Shown: positions 17,865 through 26,125 of the stretch, piece by piece | Layout of the letters: every line of letters starts with the position of its first letter | Numbering within the stretch: the first letter of the stretch is position 1 | From: a virus | Direction: 5' to 3' (one strand) | DNA length: 64,000 nt | IMG/VR virus record: IMGVR_UViG_3300010399_000034 | Coordinates: 22,807 to 86,806 of that record | Notes under the pieces: generated by a model | The model's database searches: none | The model's input: the letters and a program-made list of their open reading frames with translations, nothing else | Told to the model about the DNA's origin: nothing | Translations under genes and position numbers: made by a program

Positions 17865-17923
17865 TTGAATCCCGCTCGGAGTCCGCGTGTCAGCTAGACG
17901 CGCGGCTACCGGCCGCTATTCAA
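17865..17923 (-). repeat. Intergenic conserved hairpin, copy B
   Basis: TTGAAT-AGC-GGCCGGTAG-[stem-loop]-ACTCCGAGCG-GG-ATTCAA. Confidence 0.85.
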
Positions 17924-17925
17924 TG

Positions 17926-18339
17926 CTACCCCTGCGCTGCTTCGATTTCTTCCCATGAATCAGGGTCCACGTAGGTGTCCACGAGGTACTCTTCTGCTTC
18001 CGCGTTCGTCTCGAACGGGCCCGCCCATTCGGTGCAGTCCATGTAACCGGAAGCGCTCAGCCGAGCGAAATAGCCGTGGACGTATTCCGCATCGGCAAGG
18101 CCCTCGACCCCGTTCGGATGATCGAGTTCATCCGGCGTCCCTTCGCAGTAGTCTTGCACCGCATCGATCGTCGGATAGCCGTGCTCTTGCGCCTTTTCGT
18201 CACCGATCAGATCGGCGGGGACCGTGTACGTTTCGCCACCATTGCAGCTCACAGCCCATGCGCCCATGAGCTCGATCTCGGGGGACATGAACTGCGCTTC
18301 CAAGTGCGCCATGCCCTTCGCTCGTTCGTTGTTGTCCAT
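17926..18339 (-). CDS. Conserved acidic phage early protein
   Basis: GYFARLSASGYMDCTEWAGPFET. Confidence 0.7.
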   Translation of the reverse strand: MDNNERAKGMAHLEAQFMSPEIELMGAWAVSCNGGETYTVPADLIGDEKAQEHGYPTIDAVQDYCEGTPDELDHPNGVEGLADAEYVHGYFARLSASGYMDCTEWAGPFETNAEAEEYLVDTYVDPDSWEEIEAAQG

Positions 18340-18355
18340 CGTGTTCTCCCTTCGG

Positions 18356-18410
18356 TTGAATCCGCTCGGACGAACGCGAGCCGAGCTCGCGTCCTACCGG
18401 CCGGGTTCAA
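18356..18410 (-). repeat. Intergenic conserved hairpin, copy C
   Basis: TTGAAC-CC-GGCCGGTAG-[ACGCGAGC/GCTCGCGT]-CGTCCGAGCG-G-ATTCAA. Confidence 0.85.
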
Positions 18411-19180
18411 GCTTCGCAAACCTCCCACGCGCGTTTCGCAGGATCGGTCGGAGGCCTGTAGTGTCCCCCAGCGCAAAGCAGCCCGCAGCGCTTACAGGTC
18501 CGGCGTGGCGACGTCCAGCGGCGCGCTACCGCCCAATAGGGCTCGACCAACGGATCATCGTCGAGCGCGCTCCATCCGTGGTACGACGCGGCCAGTTCGT
18601 ACAGATAACAGACATCGCGCGGGAGTCCGCTCAGGGCCGCTTCGAAGATCTCCCACGGATCTTGATCCGTGTAACGCGCGATGCTCTCCCATTCGCACCA
18701 GTCGAGCGCGCTCCGAATGTCCTCGGGAGTTGCGCCTACGGGAACCCTGTAGACTTCGAGCCCCGTCTTTCGATACGCGCGCTGCTCCTCACGCGTGCCG
18801 TATTCGTCGCCGTCCGTTTCGGCGCCTTCGATCCCGGGCGTGTATTCGAGCATGAGCTCGCACCCGTAGCGCGAGCGGACCTTGACCAGCGCTCCGCCCC
18901 CGTGATCCTCGGGCGAGGTATCACCGATCCGCTCGATCACGGTCCGGCGTACACCGCGAGGCTTGCGCTCGTGCATGCCGACGAGGGAGGCGCGAAGCTC
19001 GCGCGCACGTACATCGCCACTCTCCGGGCGCCCTGCGACGTAGTCCGCGGGATCGCCCTTCGGCTCGTATCCGCCCGCTGCGCGCCACGCTGCGTAATCG
19101 CGCAGAGCCGCTCGCGCTTCGCTGTACTCACCACGAACGAACGCGCGTTGCGCGCGTTGTAGACATGCTTCCGGATCCAT
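18407..19180 (-). CDS. Hypothetical early protein
   Basis: GGGAGGGG RBS; MDPEACL...WRAAGGYEP; IGDTSPEDHGG. Confidence 0.7.
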   Translation of the reverse strand: MDPEACLQRAQRAFVRGEYSEARAALRDYAAWRAAGGYEPKGDPADYVAGRPESGDVRARELRASLVGMHERKPRGVRRTVIERIGDTSPEDHGGGALVKVRSRYGCELMLEYTPGIEGAETDGDEYGTREEQRAYRKTGLEVYRVPVGATPEDIRSALDWCEWESIARYTDQDPWEIFEAALSGLPRDVCYLYELAASYHGWSALDDDPLVEPYWAVARRWTSPRRTCKRCGLLCAGGHYRPPTDPAKRAWEVCEA

Positions 19181-19198
19181 GATCAACCCCTCCCTTCT

Positions 19199-19254
19199 TT
19201 GATCTGCGCTCGCACGGTGCGCTCGGATGGAGCGCACCTAGCGGCCGTAGATCA
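19199..19254 (-). repeat. Intergenic conserved hairpin, copy D
   Basis: TGATCT-AC-GGCCGCTAG-[GTGCGCTC/GAGCGCAC]-CGTGCGAGCG-C-AGATCA. Confidence 0.85.
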
Positions 19255-19434
19255 CTCAAGATCGAAAGCGATCAACTCAGCCATCATGCCGGGGCGCTCC
19301 GCGTTCAGTACGCGGAATGCGGCCGCTTCGTTGACCGCATACGCGCTGAACGTCTCGCCGTCCGCGCACTTGTAGTAGTAGCGCGATCCGCCACCGGCCT
19401 GCCGTGCGCGTTCCTCCTGAGTCTGCCGCTCCAT
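19252..19434 (-). CDS. Small hypothetical early protein
   Basis: First gene of the leftward unit; GAGGGG RBS. Confidence 0.6.
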   Translation of the reverse strand: MERQTQEERARQAGGGSRYYYKCADGETFSAYAVNEAAAFRVLNAERPGMMAELIAFDLE

Positions 19435-19482
19435 CCGATCCCCTCTTTCCGGCCGGCTTCCGCCGCGCTCGAATCCTAGTAT

Positions 19483-19498
19483 TGCATGCGGCGGGCCA
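19483..19498 (-). promoter_or_regulatory. Putative sigma54-type promoter (leftward)
   Basis: TGGCCCGCCGCATGCA: GG and GC at the -24/-12 spacing. Confidence 0.5.
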
Positions 19499-19499
19499 A

Positions 19500-19655
19500 G
19501 TCAGCTAGGCACCCTTGCTAGCTGACAAAAGGCCCTGTCGGACTATAGTCCGACAACGCGATCGGCCTCGAGCTCGCACCCACACCTACATGTAGCCCTG
19601 TGAAGAAAAAGGCCCTCAAACCGTGCCGATCCGGCCCAGACTACATGTAGGTGTG
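19500..19655. promoter_or_regulatory. Palindrome cluster in the divergent control region
   Basis: GTCAGCTAG-N9-CTAGCTGAC (19500-19526); perfect 20-bp palindrome TGTCGGACTATAGTCCGACA (19536-19555); 15-bp inverted pair CACACCTACATGTAG / CTACATGTAGGTGTG (19581-19595, 19641-19655). Confidence 0.7.
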
Positions 19656-19678
19656 AGCCGGCTCGGCGCGATCCAAGC

Positions 19679-19694
19679 TGGCACGGCGCTAGCA
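19679..19694 (+). promoter_or_regulatory. Putative sigma54-type promoter (rightward)
   Basis: TGGCACGGCGCTAGCA compared with consensus TGGCAC-N5-TTGCA. Confidence 0.55.
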
Positions 19695-19707
19695 TTGTAA
19701 GGGTTCC

Positions 19708-19971
19708 ATGGAAGGCGGAACGGCGAGTAGGACGGTGTGGATCGAGCGGAGCAAGGTCTACCCCGCTCCCGGCTCGAACCCGCGCTATCAATGGCGCTGG
19801 ATCTACCGCCTCCGTTGCGAGGGTTTCACCGGCCCGACCTGGACTATGCCGGACGGCCGCTCGGGTGCAGTGTCCTTCGAAGGGCAGACCCTCAGCACCA
19901 TCCGCCAAACGGCGGCGAAGATCGCTCGCGAGCACGGCGCGGCCGTCCGCGAAGCATGGAAGGAAGGCTGA
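19708..19971 (+). CDS. Hypothetical early protein
   Basis: First rightward ORF after the control region. Confidence 0.55.
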   Translation: MEGGTASRTVWIERSKVYPAPGSNPRYQWRWIYRLRCEGFTGPTWTMPDGRSGAVSFEGQTLSTIRQTAAKIAREHGAAVREAWKEG

Positions 19972-19973
19972 TC

Positions 19974-20624
19974 ATGAAGCGCTACAGCGAATGGTCCCCG
20001 AGTCCGCACGACACCAAGGGGCTCAATCTGCCGGACCGGCAGGACTGGATCGTGGTCCCCACGATTCGCGCGCGCGACTCGGGCCCGCTGGACGAGTCCA
20101 ACTTCGCTGTGGCTCTCGCGACGCTCGGCGGCGAGAACGCCGGAGAAGACGAGAACGGCGAGAACGGCATGATCGAGACGCACTCGTTCAATCACTGGGC
20201 GTGCGGATGGTTCGAGATCATCCTGGCTCACCCTTCGCGCGAGCTCGAAGTACAGGCGATCGCCGATCGGCTCGAAAACTATCCGATCTTGGACGAGAAC
20301 GACCTGTCGGAGCGTGAGCTCGAAGCAGAAGGGGAGGGATGGGAGAGCTACGCCCGGCGCGACGTCACGCGCAAGCTAGTCGAGGATTTCGGCCTCAGCG
20401 ATGCGGCGGAAGCCTTGCTCGACGAATCGGGCGAGACGATCTACGCGGCGTTGATCTGCGGGCACCACTACTCGGAAGGGATCAAGACTCAGATCCAGGT
20501 CGAGCACGACGACGAAGGGCCTCGCTTCGATACGGATCAACTCGATCCGATGACGCGCGAGGAAATGGCGTTGCTTCTTCGGCTCTGCCGCAAAGAGAAG
20601 CGCGCCGCGATGGCCAAAGTCTGA
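19974..20624 (+). CDS. Conserved phage early protein
   Basis: RDSGPLDESNF, FNHWACGWFE, LENYPILDE. Confidence 0.75.
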   Translation: MKRYSEWSPSPHDTKGLNLPDRQDWIVVPTIRARDSGPLDESNFAVALATLGGENAGEDENGENGMIETHSFNHWACGWFEIILAHPSRELEVQAIADRLENYPILDENDLSERELEAEGEGWESYARRDVTRKLVEDFGLSDAAEALLDESGETIYAALICGHHYSEGIKTQIQVEHDDEGPRFDTDQLDPMTREEMALLLRLCRKEKRAAMAKV

Positions 20625-20700
20625 TCTTCGCGTTCGCTCCGGCGCACGAGTCCTACTCGTGCTCCGCGTGAGACTGCGAAGTCTGAAGGGAAGGGTTTCA

Positions 20701-21126
20701 ATGCGTGGGATCAAGGTTCCGAGCGCGGCGCGGCTCTGCACGGCGTTCCCGCAGCTCGAACGTGAGCAAGCTTTGTTGATCCGGAAGCTCGCGCACGTGC
20801 GCGATGAACCGGAACGGCTCGGCGCATTGCTCGAAAAGGAGTGTCCGGAAACGGACGCGTATCGGCGCCGCTGCTACAACGATCCGCTCGATTCACGGAT
20901 GTGGCGCACTACGCTGGTGCTCCATGCGATCGATCTGATCCTCGGAACGTCCGGCGTAGAAGTCTTGGGCGAGCCCGAAGATTTCAGATCGGCGCCTCCG
21001 TACGAATACTGCAATACCGGCGATTCGTACGGCACGACGTTGGTCTACCACCGCGACGCGGACGCGATCCGGATCGGAAGCTGGGCTGACATCGCAGAAC
21101 GGATGCCCGAGAAAGGCGAGGGTTGA
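20701..21126 (+). CDS. Conserved phage early protein
   Basis: AAGGGAAGGG RBS; LGTSGVE, YCNTGDSYGTT, IGSWADIAE. Confidence 0.75.
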   Translation: MRGIKVPSAARLCTAFPQLEREQALLIRKLAHVRDEPERLGALLEKECPETDAYRRRCYNDPLDSRMWRTTLVLHAIDLILGTSGVEVLGEPEDFRSAPPYEYCNTGDSYGTTLVYHRDADAIRIGSWADIAERMPEKGEG

Positions 21127-21128
21127 TC

Positions 21129-21431
21129 ATGGACTGGAAACAACGACACACCGAAGCTATGCGCGCTCCGCGTGGACGCGAGCTCGCGATCGTCCGCATG
21201 CTGCAAGCGTGGGAGCTGTACCGCGAGCAGCACCGACAAGCCTACGAATCCGGGATCGGAGATGACGGCGTGCTCGGGCCCGAATGGGCGGCAATCGGTT
21301 TCGCGATCCGCGGACTCCTGAACGGAGATTGCGGACGCTTGGACTGCGGCACGATCGACGGCGGGATCTGCGACGCGCTTACCGCCGAGGGCTTCGATCC
21401 GTACATCGAGGGCGAACGTCTACCGCGTTGA
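21129..21431 (+). CDS. Hypothetical protein
   Basis: GIGDDGVLG..W...LLNGDCGRLDCGTID. Confidence 0.65.
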   Translation: MDWKQRHTEAMRAPRGRELAIVRMLQAWELYREQHRQAYESGIGDDGVLGPEWAAIGFAIRGLLNGDCGRLDCGTIDGGICDALTAEGFDPYIEGERLPR

Positions 21432-21482
21432 ATCTGGCCGCTAGGCGCTGAGTCATGCTCGGCGCCGTGCGAGCGGAGTCAA
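21428..21482 (+). repeat. Intergenic conserved hairpin, copy E
   Basis: TTGAAT-CT-GGCCGCTAG-[GCGCTGAG/CTCGGCGC]-CGTGCGAGCG-G-AGTCAA. Confidence 0.85.
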
Positions 21483-21501
21483 CAACAGAAGGGAAGGGTG
21501 C

Positions 21502-21939
21502 ATGAACGAGCGAGATCTCCCGCGCACGCCGCGCAAGCGGCCGCGCCGAACGGTCGAGAAGAAGCTGCGCGAGCTTCGCGCGGACGAGGTTACGTTCACG
21601 CTCGAGATCGAGCCGGAATGCGAGCCGTATGTCGGGAACTGCTCGGCGATCGATCCCGAGACGGATCGCGAGCAAGAGGACTGGATCCGGCGCGAGCTCG
21701 ACGCCGGCAACGTCGCCGCATGGTGCTCGGTTGTCGTGCGAGCCACATGGGAAACGCCTACCGGCCGCACGATCGTCGGGATCGCTTCCCTTGGCGCGTG
21801 CTCCTACCGCAGCGTCATGGAGATCCGCCGCGAGCTGTATCCAGAGATGTGCGAGAACGCTCTCGACGATCTCAATCGCTCGATCGGAGCAATCTTCGAT
21901 TCCGCGGATGCGCTCCGCAACGCGTTGAAAGAGGTCTAG
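21502..21939 (+). CDS. Hypothetical early protein
   Basis: GGGAAGGG RBS; AWCSVVVRA...LGACSY. Confidence 0.7.
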   Translation: MNERDLPRTPRKRPRRTVEKKLRELRADEVTFTLEIEPECEPYVGNCSAIDPETDREQEDWIRRELDAGNVAAWCSVVVRATWETPTGRTIVGIASLGACSYRSVMEIRRELYPEMCENALDDLNRSIGAIFDSADALRNALKEV

Positions 21940-21941
21940 CC

Positions 21942-22217
21942 GTGCACCTTACAATCTACGCGCGCAAATCCGAGAACGAGCGGCCGAAGGACCGGCCGAT
22001 CCACGTCCGGAAGCACGGCGCGTTCGCGACGTCTGCGGGCGGAGGGCCGTCGTACCCGGCGACCGTATCGCTCCGCTTCGAGCTCGAAGAAGAAGCGAAA
22101 TGGGGCCATCCCGTCGTCTGGATCAGTAACATGTCCGCGGATGAAGCGGCCGAGCTCGGGAGCATGCTGCTCAACGCAGCCGATCGCGCTCGCGCGCTCG
22201 CACGAGGGGAGAAGTAG
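21942..22217 (+). CDS. Hypothetical protein
   Basis: GAGG RBS with GTG start. Confidence 0.5.
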   Translation: MHLTIYARKSENERPKDRPIHVRKHGAFATSAGGGPSYPATVSLRFELEEEAKWGHPVVWISNMSADEAAELGSMLLNAADRARALARGEK

Positions 22218-22219
22218 CC

Positions 22220-22612
22220 ATGGATCGCAACGCTGCTGATTACGATCGATACCACGGGCCGGACGCGCGGGAGAAGCCCGCTACGATCAAGGTCGAGATC
22301 GAGATCGACGAATCAGAGGTCATGGCGTGCATCGAGTCCGCGCTCGGGAGTCACACCTACGGGATCGGCTACTGGGGCGAAGTGAAGTACGGAGAACACG
22401 CGACGTGCGTCCGCGAGCGCGAAGACGAGGAGGATCCCGAAGTGCCGGGACCCTGGCGCGCACTCGACGATGCTGCGATCAAGCGTGGTCTCGCCGTGCT
22501 CGCGAGGATTCAACCCAAGCTCTTCGGACGATTGCTCGCCGGACAGGGCGATGGACCGCTCGGCGATCTCTTGATCCAGTGCGCGCTATTCGGAGAGGAG
22601 CGTTACGGATGA
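22220..22612 (+). CDS. Conserved phage hypothetical protein
   Basis: GIGYWG...GDLLIQCALFGEERYG. Confidence 0.7.
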   Translation: MDRNAADYDRYHGPDAREKPATIKVEIEIDESEVMACIESALGSHTYGIGYWGEVKYGEHATCVREREDEEDPEVPGPWRALDDAAIKRGLAVLARIQPKLFGRLLAGQGDGPLGDLLIQCALFGEERYG

Positions 22613-22839
22613 GCCGGAAGATCGTTCACACGATGAGCGACGGAACGAGGATCGAGCTCGAACGCGAGGCGTACGTCTCCGTCATTGCAACAGACGCGCG
22701 CAGCGCGCTCGCGTTCTTCGGATTCCGCCCTGGCGAAGCGTGGGCGGTCGACGCCGGCCCGCCGGCCGATCCGCACCGCTGGAAGCCGAACGCGCGCCGC
22801 TGGCACGTGTACCGCAACAAGGGGGACATGCCGTCATGA
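22609..22839 (+). CDS. Hypothetical protein
   Basis: ATGA-coupled. Confidence 0.5.
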   Translation: MSRKIVHTMSDGTRIELEREAYVSVIATDARSALAFFGFRPGEAWAVDAGPPADPHRWKPNARRWHVYRNKGDMPS

Positions 22840-23045
22840 ACACGCTCCCGCCGCGCCGAGCTACGTTCGGACGCTGCCACGCGTGCAAGGTGATCTGGCG
22901 CTGGCCGAGTCACAAATACGCCCGTGTGCGCGATGCGCACTGCCCGCGATGCGGCACCAAGCTCGCACGGACTGCCGAAGCGCTCGTGAAGCGCATTCCC
23001 GTTGTCGATGGAACGCCAACCTTTCGCCGGAGCATGCTCGGATGA
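22836..23045 (+). CDS. Zn-ribbon protein
   Basis: CHAC...CPRCG. Confidence 0.55.
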   Translation: MNTLPPRRATFGRCHACKVIWRWPSHKYARVRDAHCPRCGTKLARTAEALVKRIPVVDGTPTFRRSMLG

Positions 23046-23290
23046 AAGACGAAGATCGCAGACCGCTCGCGCAGATCGCGCGTAGCATCGAGCTCCGCCG
23101 CGCCGAGATCCTCTTTCCCGGAGGTGGAGCCGGGCCCGAAGGCGATGCGTCACGAGACGCATCGGAGTGTCCGCTCGCCGAGCAGCACTATCTGCTCGCG
23201 CTGAGCGCGCTCGAACAAGCCGAACGCCATTTCCTCCTTGCTGCGACGTTCGCCACACGCGCGATCGCGGAGAAGCAGGGCCGTCGATGA
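23042..23290 (+). CDS. Hypothetical protein
   Basis: ATGA-coupled. Confidence 0.5.
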   Translation: MKDEDRRPLAQIARSIELRRAEILFPGGGAGPEGDASRDASECPLAEQHYLLALSALEQAERHFLLAATFATRAIAEKQGRR

Positions 23291-23496
23291 AGGTGACTGC
23301 TGAAGGCATCGAGCTGACCGGCGATGAAGTCGCTACCGCGATCGACGCCTATCTCGTGGCGCACAACGTTCACGTGAGCGGGCCGCGCACGATCCGCGTC
23401 AATGGCGAGCTGTGCAAGACCGGGCTCGTCTACGTAGACCCATCGGGGTTCGTCAACTACGACGGAGAGATCTTCCGGACCATGAGGCAACGATGA
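23287..23496 (+). CDS. Hypothetical protein
   Basis: IELTGDEVATAIDAYL...VYVDPSGFV. Confidence 0.6.
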   Translation: MKVTAEGIELTGDEVATAIDAYLVAHNVHVSGPRTIRVNGELCKTGLVYVDPSGFVNYDGEIFRTMRQR

Positions 23497-23741
23497 CAAT
23501 CTGGCTTGCATGGGACCACGAGCACCACGTCGGGCGCGGTGGAGTCCTCGAGATCTTCGCCTCGCGCGAAGCGGCGCTGCGCTTCCTTCAGGAGCGCGTT
23601 GCCGTCCTCGTGGACTCGTGCGGCTTCGAGCTCGAATACGCGCGAAGCGAATGGCGCCTCGCTGAAGCGGAGCTTCAGTCGTCGGGACGATACGTCTTTC
23701 CGAGCGCCGTCATGCCTGGAGCATGGGCCTCGTCCGGTTGA
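23493..23741 (+). CDS. Hypothetical protein
   Basis: ATGA-coupled. Confidence 0.5.
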   Translation: MTIWLAWDHEHHVGRGGVLEIFASREAALRFLQERVAVLVDSCGFELEYARSEWRLAEAELQSSGRYVFPSAVMPGAWASSG

Positions 23742-23772
23742 GCACCACGCACCCACGTTGTACGCTCGAGGC

Positions 23773-24408
23773 GTGCCCTGCACATACTATCCGCCCGTTG
23801 CGCCCGGACTCGGCCGACTGAGCTCGCGCTACGGCGTGCGGCCTGCGCGCCGGCCTCCACACGCGCCGACGTTCCACGCGGGGATCGACATCTCGATCCC
23901 TGGCCATCGGCCCGGCGAGGTTCCCGTCTACTCGGTCGCGGATGCGCTTGTCGAGCGTCTGCCGCTCCATACGACGCGCAGAGGCCCGTTCGACGGCTAC
24001 GGGAACGCTGTCGTCCTGAAGCACATCGGCTCGGCCGATGCGGGCTTCTGGACGTTCTATTGCCACCTGGACCACCACGCGCCGTACATGCAGCAGTTTC
24101 TCGGAACGCAGCGCGTGCTGCCTGCCGGATCGGTGGTCGGGTTCGTTGGTAACACGACGAACGACAAGTTTCCGGGGATGCACTGGCACCTCCATTTCGA
24201 GGTGCGTCACGCGACGCGTGCAGGCGCCTCGCCGCTCCCGGGACCGTATCAGGTCTACAACGACGACCCGCAAGCGTGGTTGGCACAGCGCGGGATCACG
24301 TTCTCCGGCGCGAATATCGTGGTCGACGGGCAACGCGCATGCGTTCCTGTCTACGCGCTCTCGGACGCGTTGGTACGTCAAGCGCTCCTCGTGGGAGGTA
24401 ACGCGTGA
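23773..24408 (+). CDS. M23 family peptidase (peptidoglycan endopeptidase)
   Basis: HAGID (HxxxD), GYGNAV, YCHL, VGNT, HLHFE; start approximate. Confidence 0.9.
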   Translation: MPCTYYPPVAPGLGRLSSRYGVRPARRPPHAPTFHAGIDISIPGHRPGEVPVYSVADALVERLPLHTTRRGPFDGYGNAVVLKHIGSADAGFWTFYCHLDHHAPYMQQFLGTQRVLPAGSVVGFVGNTTNDKFPGMHWHLHFEVRHATRAGASPLPGPYQVYNDDPQAWLAQRGITFSGANIVVDGQRACVPVYALSDALVRQALLVGGNA

Positions 24409-24545
24409 ATCCCGAATACGAGCCCGTGATGGACGATCCGGATCTCGCCGTCAGCTTCGACTGGAAGGTGTTCGGTCTCGCGCTCGTTGGGGGCGTGAGC
24501 GTGCTCGGCCTCGGTTACGGATTGTGGCTCGCTTTCCGGAGGTAA
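24405..24545 (+). CDS. Small protein with C-terminal TM and basic end
   Basis: ...VFGLALVGGVSVLGLGYGLWLAFRR. Confidence 0.6.
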   Translation: MNPEYEPVMDDPDLAVSFDWKVFGLALVGGVSVLGLGYGLWLAFRR

Positions 24546-24548
24546 CCC

Positions 24549-24824
24549 GTGAGCGAACGAGCGAAGGCGATGATCGAGCTCGTAGAGCGCGACTCGTGGG
24601 ACGATCTCGATCCGGCAGAGCGCGCCGTGTTCGGCGAATGGCTGCGCGAGATCGTCTACAACCCGACGACAGGCAAGATGGAGCAGCACCTCGCCGAGGG
24701 ACACGACCTCTATCTGCTGCTGCGCTCCGCGTGGCGGAAGTGGACGCGCAAGGTACGCACCTCGAGCTCGCAAACGTTCCAGTCGATCAAGGACACGCCG
24801 AAGCTGCCTGACGACGAGAAGTGA
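24549..24824 (+). CDS. Hypothetical protein
   Basis: GGAGG RBS. Confidence 0.55.
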   Translation: MSERAKAMIELVERDSWDDLDPAERAVFGEWLREIVYNPTTGKMEQHLAEGHDLYLLLRSAWRKWTRKVRTSSSQTFQSIKDTPKLPDDEK

Positions 24825-24831
24825 GCGTTGC

Positions 24832-25056
24832 GTGAAGCCGCGCTTCCTATTTCGCAGCGCACGACGTGCGAAGGACAGCTCGCCAACGGTGCGGATCAAC
24901 CTGACGAATACGAAGCTCGAAGCCGCGGATAAACTGGCGCTTCGGATCGCCGACTACTTCAACGCGCCACCGGATTCGGCTGAACGTGCAATCGCACGTG
25001 ACCGCGTGCTTCTCGCACTCGAGAACTATCACGAGCTCCGCCGAACGCCCGGCTAG
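24832..25056 (+). CDS. Hypothetical protein (LEAAD helix family)
   Basis: LEAADKLA...LALENY. Confidence 0.5.
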   Translation: MKPRFLFRSARRAKDSSPTVRINLTNTKLEAADKLALRIADYFNAPPDSAERAIARDRVLLALENYHELRRTPG

Positions 25057-25889
25057 AGCACGACGAACGGGCGGATCTCGTCGATCACTTCGAGCGCGTA
25101 CGCGTGCTTGAAGCGAAAGAAGTGTTTGCCCGCCCAGAAGCGGATGTGGTTACAGCCCACGCCAGTCGCGCTCGCGATCGCCTTCATCATCGCGTCGTGC
25201 GGTGGCAGGTTGGTGAAGCGCTGATGGTAAGCTGCGTGCCCCGAGACGATGCGCTGCTTCGGGAAGCGCTCGCGCGCGAGAAGGATCGATTCACGCGGGT
25301 AGCGATCGGGGCCGAGCGGCCCGAACGCTGGGACCGCCTGCCCGTCGTGCGATGCGACCGCGTAGTTCTGTGAGACGAGCACATCGGCGAGCTTCACGAG
25401 CTCGGCCGCGCTGGAATAGGCGCTCGGGAAGACGGTGACCTCGGTGCGCACGCCCGGCTTTCGTAGAACGCGCATCGTGTCCGCCGCCGCTTCGCCGAGC
25501 GTCGCGTAGCCGACCAGAAACTTCTTCGCCCATTTGCCGGCGGGTTCCGCATCGGCCTCGATTGCGATCGGCTTGAGCGCGTCGGCAAGCTCCATGATCT
25601 TCGCCTCGAGCTCGGCGATCGGATGCTTCTGCGCGGGTGTCCACACCGTCATGATCCGATCGTGCGCCGGGAACGCAGCGAAGAACTCTTTCAACTGTGC
25701 GGCGCTCCAACGCGCGTCCTTGATCCCTGGCTTGGGCCCGTCGACCATGACGGCGAGCTCGCGGAACGGGAGCGCGTGGATCGCGTCGATGTACGCCGGC
25801 TTGAGGACGTCGTGCGGAGGATCATCGATCCAAACTCCGAGCTTCAACGGACCGCACTGCACGAGCGCCTCTTTCAACACGCCGTCCAT
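25053..25889 (-). CDS. Putative glycoside-hydrolase-like (TIM barrel) protein
   Basis: beta/alpha pattern with IEADAE acidic motif and SQNY; weak call. Confidence 0.45.
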   Translation of the reverse strand: MDGVLKEALVQCGPLKLGVWIDDPPHDVLKPAYIDAIHALPFRELAVMVDGPKPGIKDARWSAAQLKEFFAAFPAHDRIMTVWTPAQKHPIAELEAKIMELADALKPIAIEADAEPAGKWAKKFLVGYATLGEAAADTMRVLRKPGVRTEVTVFPSAYSSAAELVKLADVLVSQNYAVASHDGQAVPAFGPLGPDRYPRESILLARERFPKQRIVSGHAAYHQRFTNLPPHDAMMKAIASATGVGCNHIRFWAGKHFFRFKHAYALEVIDEIRPFVVL

Positions 25890-26125
25890 GCCCCGCTCTC
25901 GTCTTTCTGGAGGACGACTTCGTAGCGTCCACCTACCGCAGCGTCTTCGACAACGAAAGCCACATGCGCGCAATCGACGTGGCCGTCTGGGCAGCTCTCC
26001 GCGCTGCCGAACTCGTTGCAGTACAAAGTCGCCAGCCGGACCAACGCCTCGTTGAGCGCTTCGTCCGTGTGAAGACTACGAGCTAGGGCCTGCCGTGGGT
26101 ACTCTTCAGCAAACCAGATGCGCAT
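25874..26125 (-). CDS. Hypothetical protein
   Basis: Coupled ORF starting MRIWF. Confidence 0.45.
   Translation of the reverse strand: MRIWFAEEYPRQALARSLHTDEALNEALVRLATLYCNEFGSAESCPDGHVDCAHVAFVVEDAAVGGRYEVVLQKDESGAWTAC

Noticed and set aside
19536-19555. Protelomerase (telRL) site
   Set aside because: The palindrome is only 20 bp, and the tyrosine recombinase has an HxxR motif of the integrase type; no TelN-like gene was recognised.
16615-21482. CRISPR array or canonical integron
   Set aside because: The repeats are separated by whole genes and vary internally, and no cas genes are seen. The GTTRRRY/RYYYAAC-like ends are in the reverse order to attC, and the recombinase shows no obvious IntI-specific insertion.
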